From: Glaucostegus cemiculus | Taxonomy: Eukaryota | DNA: 64,000 nucleotides | Direction of reading: 5' to 3' | Assembly (NCBI GenBank): GCA_976551045.1 | Contig: CDPCPM010000106.1 | Coordinates: 33,542,001 to 33,606,000, forward strand | In this document: positions 1 to 12,310 of the stretch, piece after piece | Numbering within the stretch: position 1 is the first letter of the stretch | Layout of the letters: each line of letters starts with the position of its first letter | The notes under the pieces: generated by a model | What the model was told of the DNA's origin: nothing | The model's database searches: none | What the model saw: the letters and a program-made list of their open reading frames with translations, nothing else | Program-made: the position numbers and the translations under genes

Positions 1-19
1 ACCAGTTATAAGTTACTAT

Positions 20-495
20 TCAAAATATGTTTGTATCATTGAGTATGGTCTCTCCCACAGACATAAGGGCACACACATACCCAGCACAGGCATATACTGT
101 ATATGGACTCATGCAAACACACGTGTGCACATGAACACACACATGCATAAAACATACTTGCTCACAAACACACTCACACACACATATGCACACACACATA
201 GGCACATTCACACATAAACATGCACACACTCACACACACACTCACACACACACTCACAGCACCTGCACCATCATGCACACACACGCACACACAGCACCTC
301 ACCCTCACGCACACACACACCCCCTCACACAGACACACAGCATCAAAGGTGAGGATTGAACTCAGATCTCCGTCACTGTGAGGCAGCAGCTCTCTCCCTG
401 CAGCACTCACACAACCTCACACGTTTGCACGCACGCACACACACGCGCGCGCGCACACACACACACACACACATTCTCTCACTCATGCACACAAA
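20..495. repeat. Cryptic (CA)n/(TG)n low-complexity tract with a (CG)n/(CA)n core at ~425-472
   Basis: Near-continuous CACACA variants; the C/V-rich ORFs 20..229 and 174..410 are artefacts of it. Confidence 0.95.
325..407 (-). mobile_element. tRNA-derived SINE head fragment (HE1/V-SINE type)
   Basis: Reverse complement reads GCTGCTGCCTCACAG...GAGTTCAATCC (B-box-like), similar to the SINE head at 22915. Confidence 0.7.
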
Positions 496-496
496 C

Positions 497-620
497 ATCA
501 TGGCCTTTATTAAACTTCACAAAAGCCTTTGATCCCATTAACTGAGAGGGATTATGGAGAATTCTTCTCAGATTTAGCTGTTCCCCCAACATCTGTCACT
601 GTTGCCCACTTGCTCCACAA
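497..620 (+). mobile_element. RTE-clade LINE reverse transcriptase fragment
   Basis: Degenerate MAFI-x-TKAFD-xxx-EGLWRIL-RF-C-P, typical of RTE RT. Confidence 0.7.
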
Positions 621-1339
621 GCGGAGTATGTGGAGTTTGAAGGGGTAAGTGACCAGTGCTCCCTCTGCTGTTGTGCTTGGACTCCACACACTGCAGGGAT
701 TCAAGGTGCTGCTCTCTGTCTTCCCAGATACTTTCTCCTCCAGTTCAAGTGGTCTTGATGGTGTGCCCGGGAGTGTTACATTTTTTTAAGGAAATTCCAG
801 AAACGAACAAATTATTTTCTCCAATGTCCTGTGCGTTCTAACCATTCTCAGACAGGAACAATACTGTCCAGGATATCCACCCATCCAAGCCCATGTGATC
901 TCCCAGTCTGTATGAGAGACCAGATAATTGCCCTTGATTGTAGAAACATAGAACTGTCCAGTCCATTTAGCCTCTTCCAGTCACAATCCCTCATGTCTTC
1001 TGCACAAAATGTTATATCTGTTTCCTGAATTACTACCAGTTGGGGACAGCTTCCTTCTACTTACCCTACCTAGGCCAATCACGACCAGGTATAGCTCCCC
1101 TCCAAGGAGAATTATGTCAGCTTCTCCGATTCAAGATTCAAGATTGCTTTATTGTCATTGAGCCGTTGAGACAACAGAACAACGAGATTTCATTGGCACT
1201 CCCATGTCAGACAATAGGCACAATACATAAATATTAAATAGAGAATAAATTAAGTTAGAGTTTACACTGTAGGGTTTACTTGATGTATTAGAGGGAGAGA
1301 GAGAAGAAGCAAGAAAGAACTAGTGCAATCTGTGAAATT

Positions 1340-1775
1340 TAAAGTCCTTGTTTAAGATTTTCATGGCCCTAAATGAACCATTCCTTCCTGCATGCCTCTC
1401 TACAACCTTCACATGCTTCCTAACGTCTGGTGCCCAGAATTGGATACAATACTCAGCTGTATCCTAACTAGTGTGTTGGAGACACAAGAGACTGCAGATG
1501 CTGGAATCTGGAGCAACAAACACAATGTTAGAACTCATCAGGTCAGGCAGCACCTGTGGAGGGAAATGGACAGTCAATGGTTTGGGCCAGGCGTCTCAAC
1601 CAGAAACATCGACTGTTCATTTCCTTCCACAGGTGTTGCCTGACCCATTGAGTTCCTCCAGCATTTTGTTTGATTTTAACCAGTGTTTTGTACAGGTTCA
1701 ACATAATTTCCTTGCTTTTGTTCCCTCTGCCTCTGTTTATGAAGTCCAGAATCTTAACCACTCTCTCAGCATGTG
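1340..1775 (-). mobile_element. CR1 LINE fragment interrupted by a PLE fold-back unit
   Basis: Minus ORF ...KSKEIMLNLYKTLV, continuing as EYCIQFWAP-like sequence on the other side of the insert. Confidence 0.8.
1479..1676. mobile_element. Penelope-like terminal repeat, inverted (fold-back) pair, non-autonomous
   Basis: Left arm GATGCTGGAATCTGGAGC..GGTCAGGCAGCACCTGTGGAGGGAAATGGACAGTC is complementary to right arm GACTGTTCATTTCCTTCCACAGGTGTTGCCTGACC; imperfect 14-bp flanking duplication. Confidence 0.85.
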
Positions 1776-2351
1776 AATGAGAGACATGGGAAAGTGTTCT
1801 TAGACAATCAAAACCAGTCCAGGAGATCAGTCTTGCTTTGTTGCACCTACTTTTTGTGAGGGGTGATTGTGACCTAGCCAGAATCAGATCTTACTCTCAA
1901 CTGAAGGTATCAATACCCTGTACATAACGAAACAGTCTGTTCCAGTGTCCTAGCATCAAACCTGGGTCTGGTTTTGTCCATTTCTGAGCACTGATTCTCC
2001 CTGGGCCGATATAACCAGAACAAATCGTCTATGCCAAGACCATCAACATCTTGCACACCTCCATCAATTCATCCACAGGTCTCTGAGTCTCTAAAACATA
2101 GAATCCCAACTCTTTGAGACCAAGGAAGTTCAAATATAAGGCTTTGTATTAGAAGAGGTTTTGAAATTCATCCTTTGTTGTGTGTGTTAAATGTGTTATA
2201 TTTAATATATGCACTTTGAGATCCACTTGTGAAATTTGGTTGCATTGACTTCAATGGAAACAACTTTCAGAAAAGCTATTCTAACATGTATACTTTGCTA
2301 CTTTATGTTTAGCATATGCAACAAAGGATAAGTCTCTGAAAATTTTTTTTA

Positions 2352-2592
2352 AAAACTGCAGACGCTGGAAATCTAAATCTAAAAGAGAAAATGCTGGAGT
2401 TTCCCAGCAGGTCAGGGTGCATCCGTGGAGAGAGAAACAGAGTCAACATTCCAGGCCAGAGACCCATCATCAGAACTCGTCTTCAGCTCTCCCGATCCAC
2501 CCAAATACCTCCCTCCAGCAATTACTCTCCAGATCTACGTTCCGGTGAACAATCTGTGACCTGAAACATTGACTTTGTTTCTTGTCCCACAG
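2352..2592. mobile_element. Penelope-like terminal repeats, inverted pair with spacer; degenerate hammerhead on - strand at 2440-2477
   Basis: Minus strand reads AGTT CTGATGA TGGGTC TCT GGCCT GGAAT GTT GACT; short opposite arm at ~2545-2592. Confidence 0.7.
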
Positions 2593-3159
2593 AAGGATAA
2601 CTCTCTACTGTCCTTCTGCTTCTGGTAAGAGGTAAAATGTCTCAGAAAATTTTTTTAGGACACATTTGGGCAGAAATTCGTTCCCCAGCAGAAGCAGTAA
2701 ACTTGCTGCAAAGTGGTAGCAACACATCTCCTCTACTTTTGAAAATGGTTCCCTTACCATCAGCAAAATATGTTCTGGAGACAGAGGAAAATGCACTGCT
2801 GTGTATCGTGATACCTCTCTGGGATAAACTTCTAATGAGGTTTATTCCATTGTTAAAGCGATCATTTTTCTCTGTTCAAATCACATACAACTTTAATGAA
2901 TGCAGAAAATAACATGCCTTTGGTGTGCAACCAATATATGTACGTCCTTTAAATAGATTTGGAGTTGTTTGGAATTTAATTCAGGGTGAATAAAAATGGT
3001 AACGTCTCATCCACCCTTGGGCAACCTAGGCATAATAATTTTAAATCACAGGATGCAGCAAAATTATCACCCTTACAGATAGAAAATAGTTGGGTGTTTA
3101 CCTTGATTCTACTTTTAATTTCAATTACATGCACAAAGTTATAATCCAAATGTAACTGT

Positions 3160-3943
3160 GGCAATGAGGAGGCATACAGGAGTGAAATAGTTCAGCTGGT
3201 TGAGTGGTGTCACAACAACAACCTCGCACTCAACGTCAGCAAGACCAAGGAATTGATTGTGGACTTCAGGAAGAGGAAGTCGGGAGAACACACACCAGTC
3301 CTGATTGAGGGGTCAGAGGTGGAAAGGGTGAGCAGCTTCAAATTCCTGGGCATCAACATCTTGGGGATCTGTCCTGGGCCCAACACATTGATGCAATCAC
3401 AAAGAAGGCACGCCAGCAGCTCTACTTTGTTCGGAGCTTGAAGAGGTTTGGTACGTCACCAAAGACTCTTGCAAATTTTTACAGATGTACGGTGGAGAGC
3501 ATTCTGACTGGTTACATCACAGCCTGGTATGGAGGCTCCAATGTGCAGGATCACAAGAGGCTGCAGAGAGTTGTAGACTCAGCCAGCTCCATCACTGGCA
3601 AAACCCTCCCCACCATTGAAGACATCTTCAAGAGGTAGTGCCTCTAGAAGGCGGCATCCATCACTAAGGACCCTCACCAAGGGACTTGCCCTCTTCTCAT
3701 TACTACAATGAGGGAGGAGGTACAGGAGCCTGAAGACCCAGACTCAATGATTCTTCCCCACTGCCATCAGATTTCTGAACAGTTTTTGAACCCATGAACA
3801 CTACCTTGTTATTCCTTTTTTTGCACTATTTATTTTGTAATTTATACTAATTTTTAGGTTTTTGCTCCTGTACTGCAGCAAAACAACAAATTTCACGTCA
3901 TTTAAGTCCATGATAATAAATCTGATACCGATTCTGATTTTGA
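3160..3943 (+). mobile_element. Rex1/Babar LINE, 5'-truncated, with 3' tail
   Basis: WCHNNNLALNVSKTKELIVDFRK..VERVSSFKFLG, FYRCTVESILTG..TAWYG; AATAAA followed by (TCTGAT)n-like tail. Confidence 0.92.
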
Positions 3944-4187
3944 TGCTGAGTCACATTAATTTTGCTTGTGTTGATTGGGAAAATAAAGGGAATCAAAGGA
4001 TATGGGGTTAGTGCAGGAAAATACTGCTCTGGTGAAAGACTGGTCAGGATATTGTTGGATGGCAGGTCAAAGGAATGAAAGGTCTACTCCAGCTTGTATG
4101 TCTTATTTGCTTATGTACTTAGCTGTCATATCAGCAGGCAACCATTATGCTGTGGCTTAAAGAAAGACTTGTGTTTCTGTAGCATCT

Positions 4188-5082
4188 CTACTATTGTTGG
4201 CAGAATCACGGGTGGCAATGAGTCAGTACAAGTCAGGAGCGAGACAGAACATCTGGTTGAGTGGTGCTGCAATAACAACCTCATGCTTAACGTCAGCAAA
4301 ACCAAGGAGCTAATTGTTGACTTCAGAAAAGGGAAGTCGGGAGACCACATGCCAGTCTCATTGGTGGGTCAGAGGTGGAGAGGGTGTACAGCTTCAAATT
4401 CCTGGGCATTAACATCTCAGATGATCTTTCCTAGCCCCAGCACATAGATTCAATCATGAAGAAGGTGTGTCAGTGCCTCTACTTTCTTAGAAGCTTAAGA
4501 AGATTCAGAATGTCACCAAGTACTCCAACAAACTTCTACGGATGAACTGTTAAAAGTATCCTGTCTGGCTGCATCATAACCTGGTATCGCATTCCAATGC
4601 ACAGGAACACAAGAGTCTGCAGAGAGTAGTGGACACAGCCCGGTCCATCACAGGCAAAGCCCTCCCCACCATTGACAGTGCTGCCTCAAGAAAGTGGCAT
4701 TTATCATCAAGGATCCCCACGATCCAGGTCATGCTTTCTTCTCGCTGCTACCATTGGGCAAGAGGTACAGAATCCTGAAGACCCACACCACCAGGTTCAG
4801 GAACAGCTACGTTCCTACAACCATCAGGTTCTTGAATTAACCTGCACAACCCTAACCCTACCTCAGCAACGGAGCACTATAGACCACCTCTTGCATTGCA
4901 ATGGATTTGCTTCTGTGTGTGTCTTTTCTTTTGCACAGTCCTTATTTTCTCTCTTCACTAACCTGTATTATTTATATTGTGTGTGTTGTCTGTACCTATG
5001 TGCCTGTGATGCTGCTGCAAACGAGTTTTTCATTGTACCTGCACCTCACCCTACTTGTGCACACAGCAATAACCTTGACTTC
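4188..5082 (+). mobile_element. Rex1/Babar LINE, second subfamily, 5'-truncated
   Basis: TIVGRITGGNES..LVEWCCNNNLMLNVSKTKELIVDFRK; 3' UTR TGTGCCTGTGATGCTGCTGCA and GACTT tail. Confidence 0.92.
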
Positions 5083-5119
5083 CCACTCCGTTTCAGAATT
5101 CCTGCTTCAGTACACAGAC

Positions 5120-5400
5120 ACTGAAGTATTCTTTGAGGTACAGTCGCTCCTTCAATGTGGAAAACTTTCAGACAACTTGCACATATTAAGGACCCACAAT
5201 CATCATTGTGATAATTTCCAGATAATTTGCCTTAGTTGATGCTAAGTGAAGGATGATTTTTGACTAGGACACTGAGAATGGCTCCTTTATTTTACTTCCA
5301 GAAGTGTGGTGGAAGCTTTTATCCCACCTAAACTGCAAATCAAGTTCACCATTTGTGCAGCCTCGGCTCAGTACTGAGCTGAGCTGGGACCACAGCCTAA
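5120..5400 (-). mobile_element. Old Deu-domain-type SINE remnant (SacSINE1-like)
   Basis: GATAAT..CCAGATAAT...AGGACAC core shared with copies at 24265, 31905, 57220; family name from recall. Confidence 0.5.
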
Positions 5401-5753
5401 GCGGTCCTTCCTAGAAGGCTGGGGTAATGCATCGTGCTAGGCCAGACCACCTGATACATAAATCCTATCATGTGTCTTGCATTCTGTTATGTTTGCTTCT
5501 CACTGCTGAATGAGAAGTGGATGTATGCCTGATTTAAAAGTATGAGTGAAGGGATGGAAAGTGGTCCTCATCTGATCATGAAATGCTTGCAATATGGCAG
5601 AAGGTCCATCATGTGGATCAGAATACAGATATCAACAGAACCGAACTTTAGAAATGGTGTACAATTTGAAACCACTGTGTTGTGCATTTACTGTGTCCAA
5701 CTGAAGACGAGCATCCATCTCAGTATGTCTCTAGCCTGATTCCATACTCTCAC

Positions 5754-6268
5754 CAGAATCAGGTTCACTATCACTGACATATGTCGTGAAATTTGTTGTT
5801 TTGTGGCAGCAGTACAGTACAAGAGATAAAAATTACTATAAGTTACAAAAATAAATAAATAGTGCAAAAGAGGAATGATGAGATAGGGTTCATGGACTGT
5901 TCAGAAATCTGTTGGCAGAGGGGAAGAAACTGTTCCTAAATTCTTCAGTGTGGGTCTTCAAGCACATGTACCTCCTCCCTGACTGTAGTAACAAGAAGAG
6001 GACATGTCCCAGATAGTGAGGGTCCTTACTGATGGATGCTGCCTTCTTGAGGCACTGCCTGTTGAAGATGTCCTCGATGGTGGGGAGGGTTGTGCCTGTA
6101 TTGGGGCTGGCTGAGTCTACAACCCTCTGCAGCCTCTTGTGATCCTGTGCATTGGAGCCTCCATACCAGGCGGTGATGCAACCAGTCAGAATGCTCTCCA
6201 CCGTACATCTGTAGAAATTTGCAAATGTCTTTGGTGACATACCGAATCTCCTCAAACTCCTAATGAAG
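5754..6268 (-). mobile_element. Rex1/Babar LINE 3' fragment
   Basis: ORF 5890..6255 FYRCTVESILTGCITAWYG...FRNSFFPSANRFLN; close to the 3160 copy. Confidence 0.93.
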
Positions 6269-6269
6269 T

Positions 6270-6427
6270 TGGAAGATCATCAATGTGGTGAAAGATGCCC
6301 TTTGATCTGCACAAATCTTGTTGGTCTCCCAACACAGCAAGATGAACGTGGGGGAACACTGCCAACTGGCACAGTCCAGGCTGAGGGATGCACTGAAGCT
6401 CAGTGAAGCCAATGCAAAGGCTTTATG
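6270..6427 (+). mobile_element. Tx1-type (L1 clade) LINE ORF2 C-terminal fragment
   Basis: Translates WKIINVVKDAL*SAQILLV...CQLAQSRLRDALKLSEANAKA, resembling my recollection of Tx1 ORF2 ends. Confidence 0.65.
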
Positions 6428-6429
6428 TC

Positions 6430-6772
6430 CACATCTTTTGCCATACCTCGTCTCCAGCTGAACTGCTTCTTACCCCCCACCCCACCCCCAGTACTTTTAC
6501 GTTAAACTACATTCTGAAGTTTAAGTCCCTCCAGCCCTGCGTTCGCCACCCCATCCCACACTCTGTTCCTCTGTCTCCCACCTAAGGTGCAGTCCTCTTC
6601 CTCCATCTCCACACACCCTTGGCTGCCTGCTTTAGCCATCACCACATCCACTGCAGTTGCCTCCTTCAACCCCTACGTTCTTCCGTTCACACCTCTTTGT
6701 TCATGCCCAATTTCCTCACACCTCTGTGACAGATACTGGAAGGTTTTCCTAATTCACAAGGCCTTGTTTTAA
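6430..6772 (+). mobile_element. Highly degenerate L2-like LINE 3' region
   Basis: Pyrimidine-rich, weakly similar to the L2 remnant at 19960-20270. Confidence 0.35.
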
Positions 6773-6844
6773 GATTCCACTGATCCAAATTCTGATGTTT
6801 AGAAGGCTAACAGTTATTGATCCAGATGATACTCTTAGCCTCAC

Positions 6845-7135
6845 GTGGGATGTATCACTGTCAAGACCAGCATTTACTGCCCATCCCTAATTGTCCTTGA
6901 GAAGGTGGCAGTGTGCTTATGTTTGTTCAGGAGATAACCCGCTTCCAATTAAGAGTCTTCAACCTGATGCACTAAGTCTGTTCATATTTCTACAGAAGCT
7001 GTGTGGTCTGCTGCAATTTTCAGGCACTTTCTATTTTTATCCTGAACATTTACTCCAGTTTCTATTTTTGCATGATAACTTCCAGAATTTCCTTTTTTCA
7101 TTCCCTGATTTCCAACACCTGCAGTTTTTCATTTT
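6845..7135. mobile_element. L2/Crack-type tail (-, ~6845-6912) followed by degenerate PLE terminal repeats (+)
   Basis: CCAGCATTTACTGCCCATCCCTAATTGTCCTTGAGAAGGTGG; then eroded ...GATTTCCAACACCTGCAG motifs. Confidence 0.55.
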
Positions 7136-8539
7136 TAGTAAATATTTAGTACAGTACTCCTTCACTATTGTACCGCAGTGTCAGCCTGCACTATTTTTTT
7201 TCTAGTCTCTGGAGTGAAACATGAAACCAGCATCTTCTGAGGCAAGAATATTGAAGTGGAGACATTGGTAATTTAGATCACCAACTCACATGGATAGAGA
7301 TCACTAAGGTCATCAAAAAAATTAAGAAGCAGTAATGAGGGTTGCTTTCTTTCTTAAAACTGTATTACCAAAGGAAATTTAAATACTAAAACTTGAAGGA
7401 ATAAGTACCCTATATTGTCAGAAGGCTAGGTTGCTCATTTCAATTTAGTCAACTAAATGACTACTTTCATAAATACAAAATTCACAACCCTAATACAAGG
7501 TAGGAAATGATTAAAAACATTCACTTGTGGAAGAAGGTCTCATGGAATCCCTGTTGTTCAGGGTCATTGGAAACTGTTGAAAAATGGGTTCGGAATTAGT
7601 GGGATTAAAACTCAAATTGACTGAGCTATTGGTCCACAGACTATCATTATAATTTATTCTAATTTGTAATCCAATGTCTTCTGATGCAGAGTTATCTGAA
7701 TCATTTACTGAAAACTGCTTCACACTGAATAGATTCTTTCCAGGTTCAATCAATGAATATTCCAAAAACTTCTTTCTTTTTGAGTTTCCAGTAGACATCC
7801 ATTTACATGGCACATTATGATTGCACTTACCAATTGTACATGCATTATCCCACACCTATTCTCATCGAAACCATCTCCCACATGTTATTCTTTCCATATA
7901 CTTGTTCCAAATGTCTTAGAGGTTGATAAGTCTCATTTGACCATGACTAATTTAACCTATCCTAGATCACTGAAGTCTAACAAGTTAAGACAACTACATC
8001 ATGGTTACACTGCTTAGGATGTCAGTTGTGAATCAGATTAACAAACTTGTTGAAAAGGTTCTTAAAAAGTTTCCATATTCAAAGATATAATTAGTAGCTA
8101 AAGATTTGCCCAAGTTTTGTGTCTTAAATCTGAGTTACCTGATTATCAAGAAACAAAATGGCTTCTACGAATCACACAGATAAAATAGCTTGGGGTTTTA
8201 TAATAGGTGCAATGCATCAAGCAGTCTTTTAAATAAGTGATGATCCCCTGTCAAATGCTGTCTGTGTCAGTACTGGTGATGTTAGCCTTGTCTGTATCCC
8301 TCTTGCTGGCAATCACTTGTATATGCCTGAAGCAGGATACATCCAGACTGGCTCGGAGAACCAGGTCTCCAGGGATTTGTCTCACAAATAATATAAACCT
8401 TTGAGAAATGGCTTATCCATTCCAGCTCTGGAAGTTCTAATGATGCCTCTCTCATGATTTTGCCTCCATTGGTGTCACGTATCAGATCATGCCAAGCACA
8501 ATGCAAACTACTTCATGAAACTTATTATTTTGTTAATCA

Positions 8540-9020
8540 GGTAAGGGATGTCGATATAACTGGCAAGGCCCAGCATTCACTGTTTGCCCGTGAGAAGGTA
8601 GTGATGAGCCATCTGAATCAGTAGCCTTCCCTATCCGCAGTGCCGCTCCGTACGGAGTCCCTGGATTTTGACCCATTGACAGTGCCATAACAGTGACATA
8701 ATTCCAAGACAGGACAGTGTGGGACTTGGAGGGGACGTTGGAGGTAATGTTCCATTTCTCCTTCCAAGTAGCCGAGATTGTGGTTACATGAGGAGTCGTT
8801 GAGGAAGGTTTTGAATGGTTGTGAGACATTTTATGGGTCACTGAACTGATGGTGGAGACAGTGGTTGTTCAGGTAGGTGGCTAGAGTGCCAGTTAAGCAA
8901 ACTGCCTTGTCCCAGTGCTACCATGGTTCTCAGTCACTGTTGGATCTTCACTCGTCCAAGCAAGTGGATGGTATTCCTCAAACCCTTGACTTTGTCTTGT
9001 GCCAGTGAAAAGACCTTGGT
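8540..9020 (-). mobile_element. L2/Crack-type LINE 3' fragment
   Basis: Reverse-complement homolog of 35690-36092 (GGATTTTGACCC, GACTTGGAGGGGAC, GGCAAGGCCCAGCATT). Confidence 0.7.
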
Positions 9021-9899
9021 CACCATCACACTGTTAAATCCTGGACAAAACAATCTCAGAGGCCATGTGTAGATCTTCAGTTACTTTAAAATTGTTTTGC
9101 CAAGCACTATTGTGATAATTAAAAAAAATATGACACAGGCCGTATAGGAGGAGGGAAATGAACTTAGGCCATAGTTAGATTTTTCTCTTGCACAATGGCT
9201 TTTAACTGCAAATTACTCGATGTGGTTAAGTGTATATTTAGGTATTGTATTAACAAAAAGCTCCAAGGTTTCTCTTTTGTTTTCTTTGGGAATATGGAGA
9301 GGGATATTTTTGCACAAGAGGAAGGAACAAAGACTCCGTTTCTTTTCCAATTTGCATATTTCCACATATCTCAAGCGTCAATCAAATGGGCCGTAAAATC
9401 CCTGAGCAACCCATCAAATAAACTGCAGGAATTTATGCTTTGTTGCATAAATGCAGATTGATGAGTTGTTGAATTAGCCATGAAGATGTCGTACTTGAAC
9501 CTTATCACGTTTCTTCTGAGAAGCGACTCAAATTAGTTCACATAAATGCCTTTACAAAATAAGTCACGAATATTATGCAGGCAATAGCAGCAGCCAATTG
9601 GTCCTCGGGATGATCCTTGAAACAGCTTGGACATAAATGGCCAGCTGAGTTGTACTTCAGGATTGAAGTACATTAGAAAGAGCTTTCCCCCTTCTCCTAC
9701 ATTCACACACACACATTTCATCTTCTCAGTAATAAATAGAAAATAGCCTGTTGCCAGATTAGATCATTTGAACTGAGAATGAAATGGGACAGAAATTTGC
9801 CCTTGTTGCACATTTTTCTCAGTTTTCTGTGTCGAACAATTATTTTTCTCGCCTCAGTGGTTGTGGGGGTTAAGAACTGGAGCAGGAGGTCAGCAGGTG

Positions 9900-11898
9900 G
9901 AGTGGTTAAGGAGAAGGTAGAGATTAAGTCAAGTAAGTCTAATTGGACAAACACACAGGGCCAGGCTAATGAACACGGCAGGAATGATGTTCTGAAGTGT
10001 ATTTATTTTAATGCAAGGAGTATAAGGCAGATGCACTTAGAGCCTGGATTAGAACATGGAACTACAATATTGCAGCTATTACAGAAACCTGTTTGAGAGA
10101 AAGACAGAACTGGTAGTTCCATGTTCCAGGGTTTAGATATGTCAGAGACAGATGTAAAAAAGGTGGGGAGTTGCATTACTGATTAGAGAGAATGTCACAG
10201 CTGCACTAAGAGAAGATACCGTGGAGGGCTCATCCAGTGAGGCCAGGAATAAGAAAGGTGCGGTCACTGTGATCGGGTTATACCATAAGCCTCCCACTAG
10301 CCAGCGGAAGCTAGAGGAACAGATCTGCAGGCAGATCATGGAAAGATGTAAAAACAATAGGGTTAGTGGGTGATCTTATCTTCCCCAATATTGACTGGGA
10401 CTCCCTTAGTGCCTGGGACTTAGATGGGGCAGAATTTTCTAGGTGCATCCAGGAGAATTTCTTGAAACTGTAGATAGCCCAACTGTGGATGGAGATGTAC
10501 AAGATCTTATACTGGAGAATGAGCTTGGCCAAATGATCGAAGTTTCAGTGAGGGAGAACTTTGGGAGCAGTGACCACAAATCTTTAAGATTTAAGAGATT
10601 CATAATTCACAAGATTCTTAAGGATAAGACTGTTTAATTGGTGGAAGGTTAATTACAATGGTTTTAGGCAGGAACTGGAGAAAGTAGATTCAAAGCAGGG
10701 TAGGTCTATACAAGGACAAAGGAGGGACTTTATGCGTGGAGCCAGAGGAAGCGGATGAGATTCTTAATGAGTACTTTGCAATGGTATTCATTAAGTAGAA
10801 GACATAGATGATGGTGAGATTTGGGAGGGGTATGTTGATATTCCAGTGCATATTGATATTAAGAAGGAGGTGGTGTTTGGTGTCCTGAAAAACATTAAGC
10901 TGGATAAAACCCCAGGGACTAATGGAATCTATCTCAGGATGCTGAGGGAAGCAAGGGCAGACATTACTGGGTCCTTGACAGAGGTCCTTTTATGCTCTTT
11001 AGCAACAGATGTGGTCCCAGAAGACTGGATAATAGTCAATGTTGTCCCCTTGTTTAATAAGGGCAACAGGGACAAACACAGAAATTATAGGCCGGCGAGC
11101 CTTACCTCAGTGGTAGGGAAATTGTTGGAGAGGATTCTTATGGACAGGATTTGCTCATATTTGGAAAAACATAGATTTATTAGGAAGGGTCAACATGTCT
11201 TTGTGTGGGAGAGGTTCTGTCTCATAAATTTCATTGAGTTTTTTGAGGAAGCGAAGATTATGATTGATGACAGTAGGGCAGTGAATGTTGTCTACATGGG
11301 CTTTAGTAAAGCATTTGATAAGGTCCCTCATGTTAGGTTGGTCGAGAAGATTAAGTCACATGGGACATTAATTTAGTAAATTGGATTCAAAATTGGCTTG
11401 GTCATAGAAGACAGAGAGTAGTGTTAGTGGGGTGTTTCTCTTACTGGAGGTCTGTGATCAGCAATGTTCTACAAGGATCAGTGCTTGGACCTCTGTTGTT
11501 TGTAACAAATATTAATGATCTAGATGAAAATGTGAGTTGTCTGCTCAGTAAGTTTGCTGATGACACAGAAATTGATGGAGTTTTGGATAGCGCGGAATGT
11601 TGTCAAAGGATATAACAAGATAAAGAGCATTTGGAAATCAGGTGTTGCATTTTGGGAGGTCGATTACAAGAGGAAAGTAGACAATAAATGGTAGGGCCCA
11701 CAGGAGCATTGATGTTCAGAGGGATCTTGGGGTGCTAGTCCACCGCTTCCTGAAAGTGGCAACACAAACAGATAGGGTGGCAAATAAGCTGTACAGCACA
11801 CTTGTTCTCCATCGGGGCATTGAGTATTAAAGTCAGGAAGTCATGTTGCATTTATGTAAAACTTTGGTTTGGCCTCAATTGGAATACGGTGTGGAGTT
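9900..11898 (+). mobile_element. CR1 LINE (HER1-like) ORF2 remnant: APE endonuclease plus RT, internally deleted, with stops and frameshifts
   Basis: LKCIYFNARSI at ~9992; VPEDW..NVVPLFNKG..NYRPASLTSVVGKLLE; FSKAFDKVPH; QGSVLGPLLF; KFADDT. Confidence 0.96.
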
Positions 11899-12117
11899 CC
11901 ATGATGCCAAGCTCCCCACCGCCCATCTCTATGGCCCCAGTCCATCGGCACCCAATAAAGGTCCCAGTCTCTATCATTCAGTTGTAATTTGGTGCACCGC
12001 CACTTCATTTCTGCCAGCCTCTCACACCTTGATCCCAGACCTATTGGTTCCCATGCATTTTGCAGAGGTGGGCCTACATCTAAAGTGGTCACAAGGAACC
12101 GTAAACAGACTATGTTT

Positions 12118-12310
12118 GATTCATAGATTCATAGAACAATACAGCACAATACAGGCCCTTTGTGCACAATGTTGTGCCGACCTTTAAACCTCGCCTAAGA
12201 CTATCTAACCCCTTCCTCCCACCTATCCCTTAATTTTAAATTCCTCCATATGCTTATCTAGCAATCACTTGAATCTGACCAATGTACCTGCCTCCACCAC
12301 CACCCCAGAC
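12118..12310 (-). mobile_element. CR1 3' end
   Basis: CATAGAACAATACAGCACAATACAGGCCCT tail, recurrent across the window. Confidence 0.85.

Noticed and set aside
20-410. Cys/Val-rich ORFs here and at 27726-28175
   Set aside because: Translations of (TG)n/(CA)n repeats
4848-4861. Telomere-like AACCCTAACCCTAC (also 38126, 63567)
   Set aside because: Fixed part of the Rex1 ORF end/3' UTR, only two units; not an interstitial telomere
10846-11615. Long RT ORFs as a functional gene
   Set aside because: Surrounded by stops, frameshifts and deletions; dead CR1 copy
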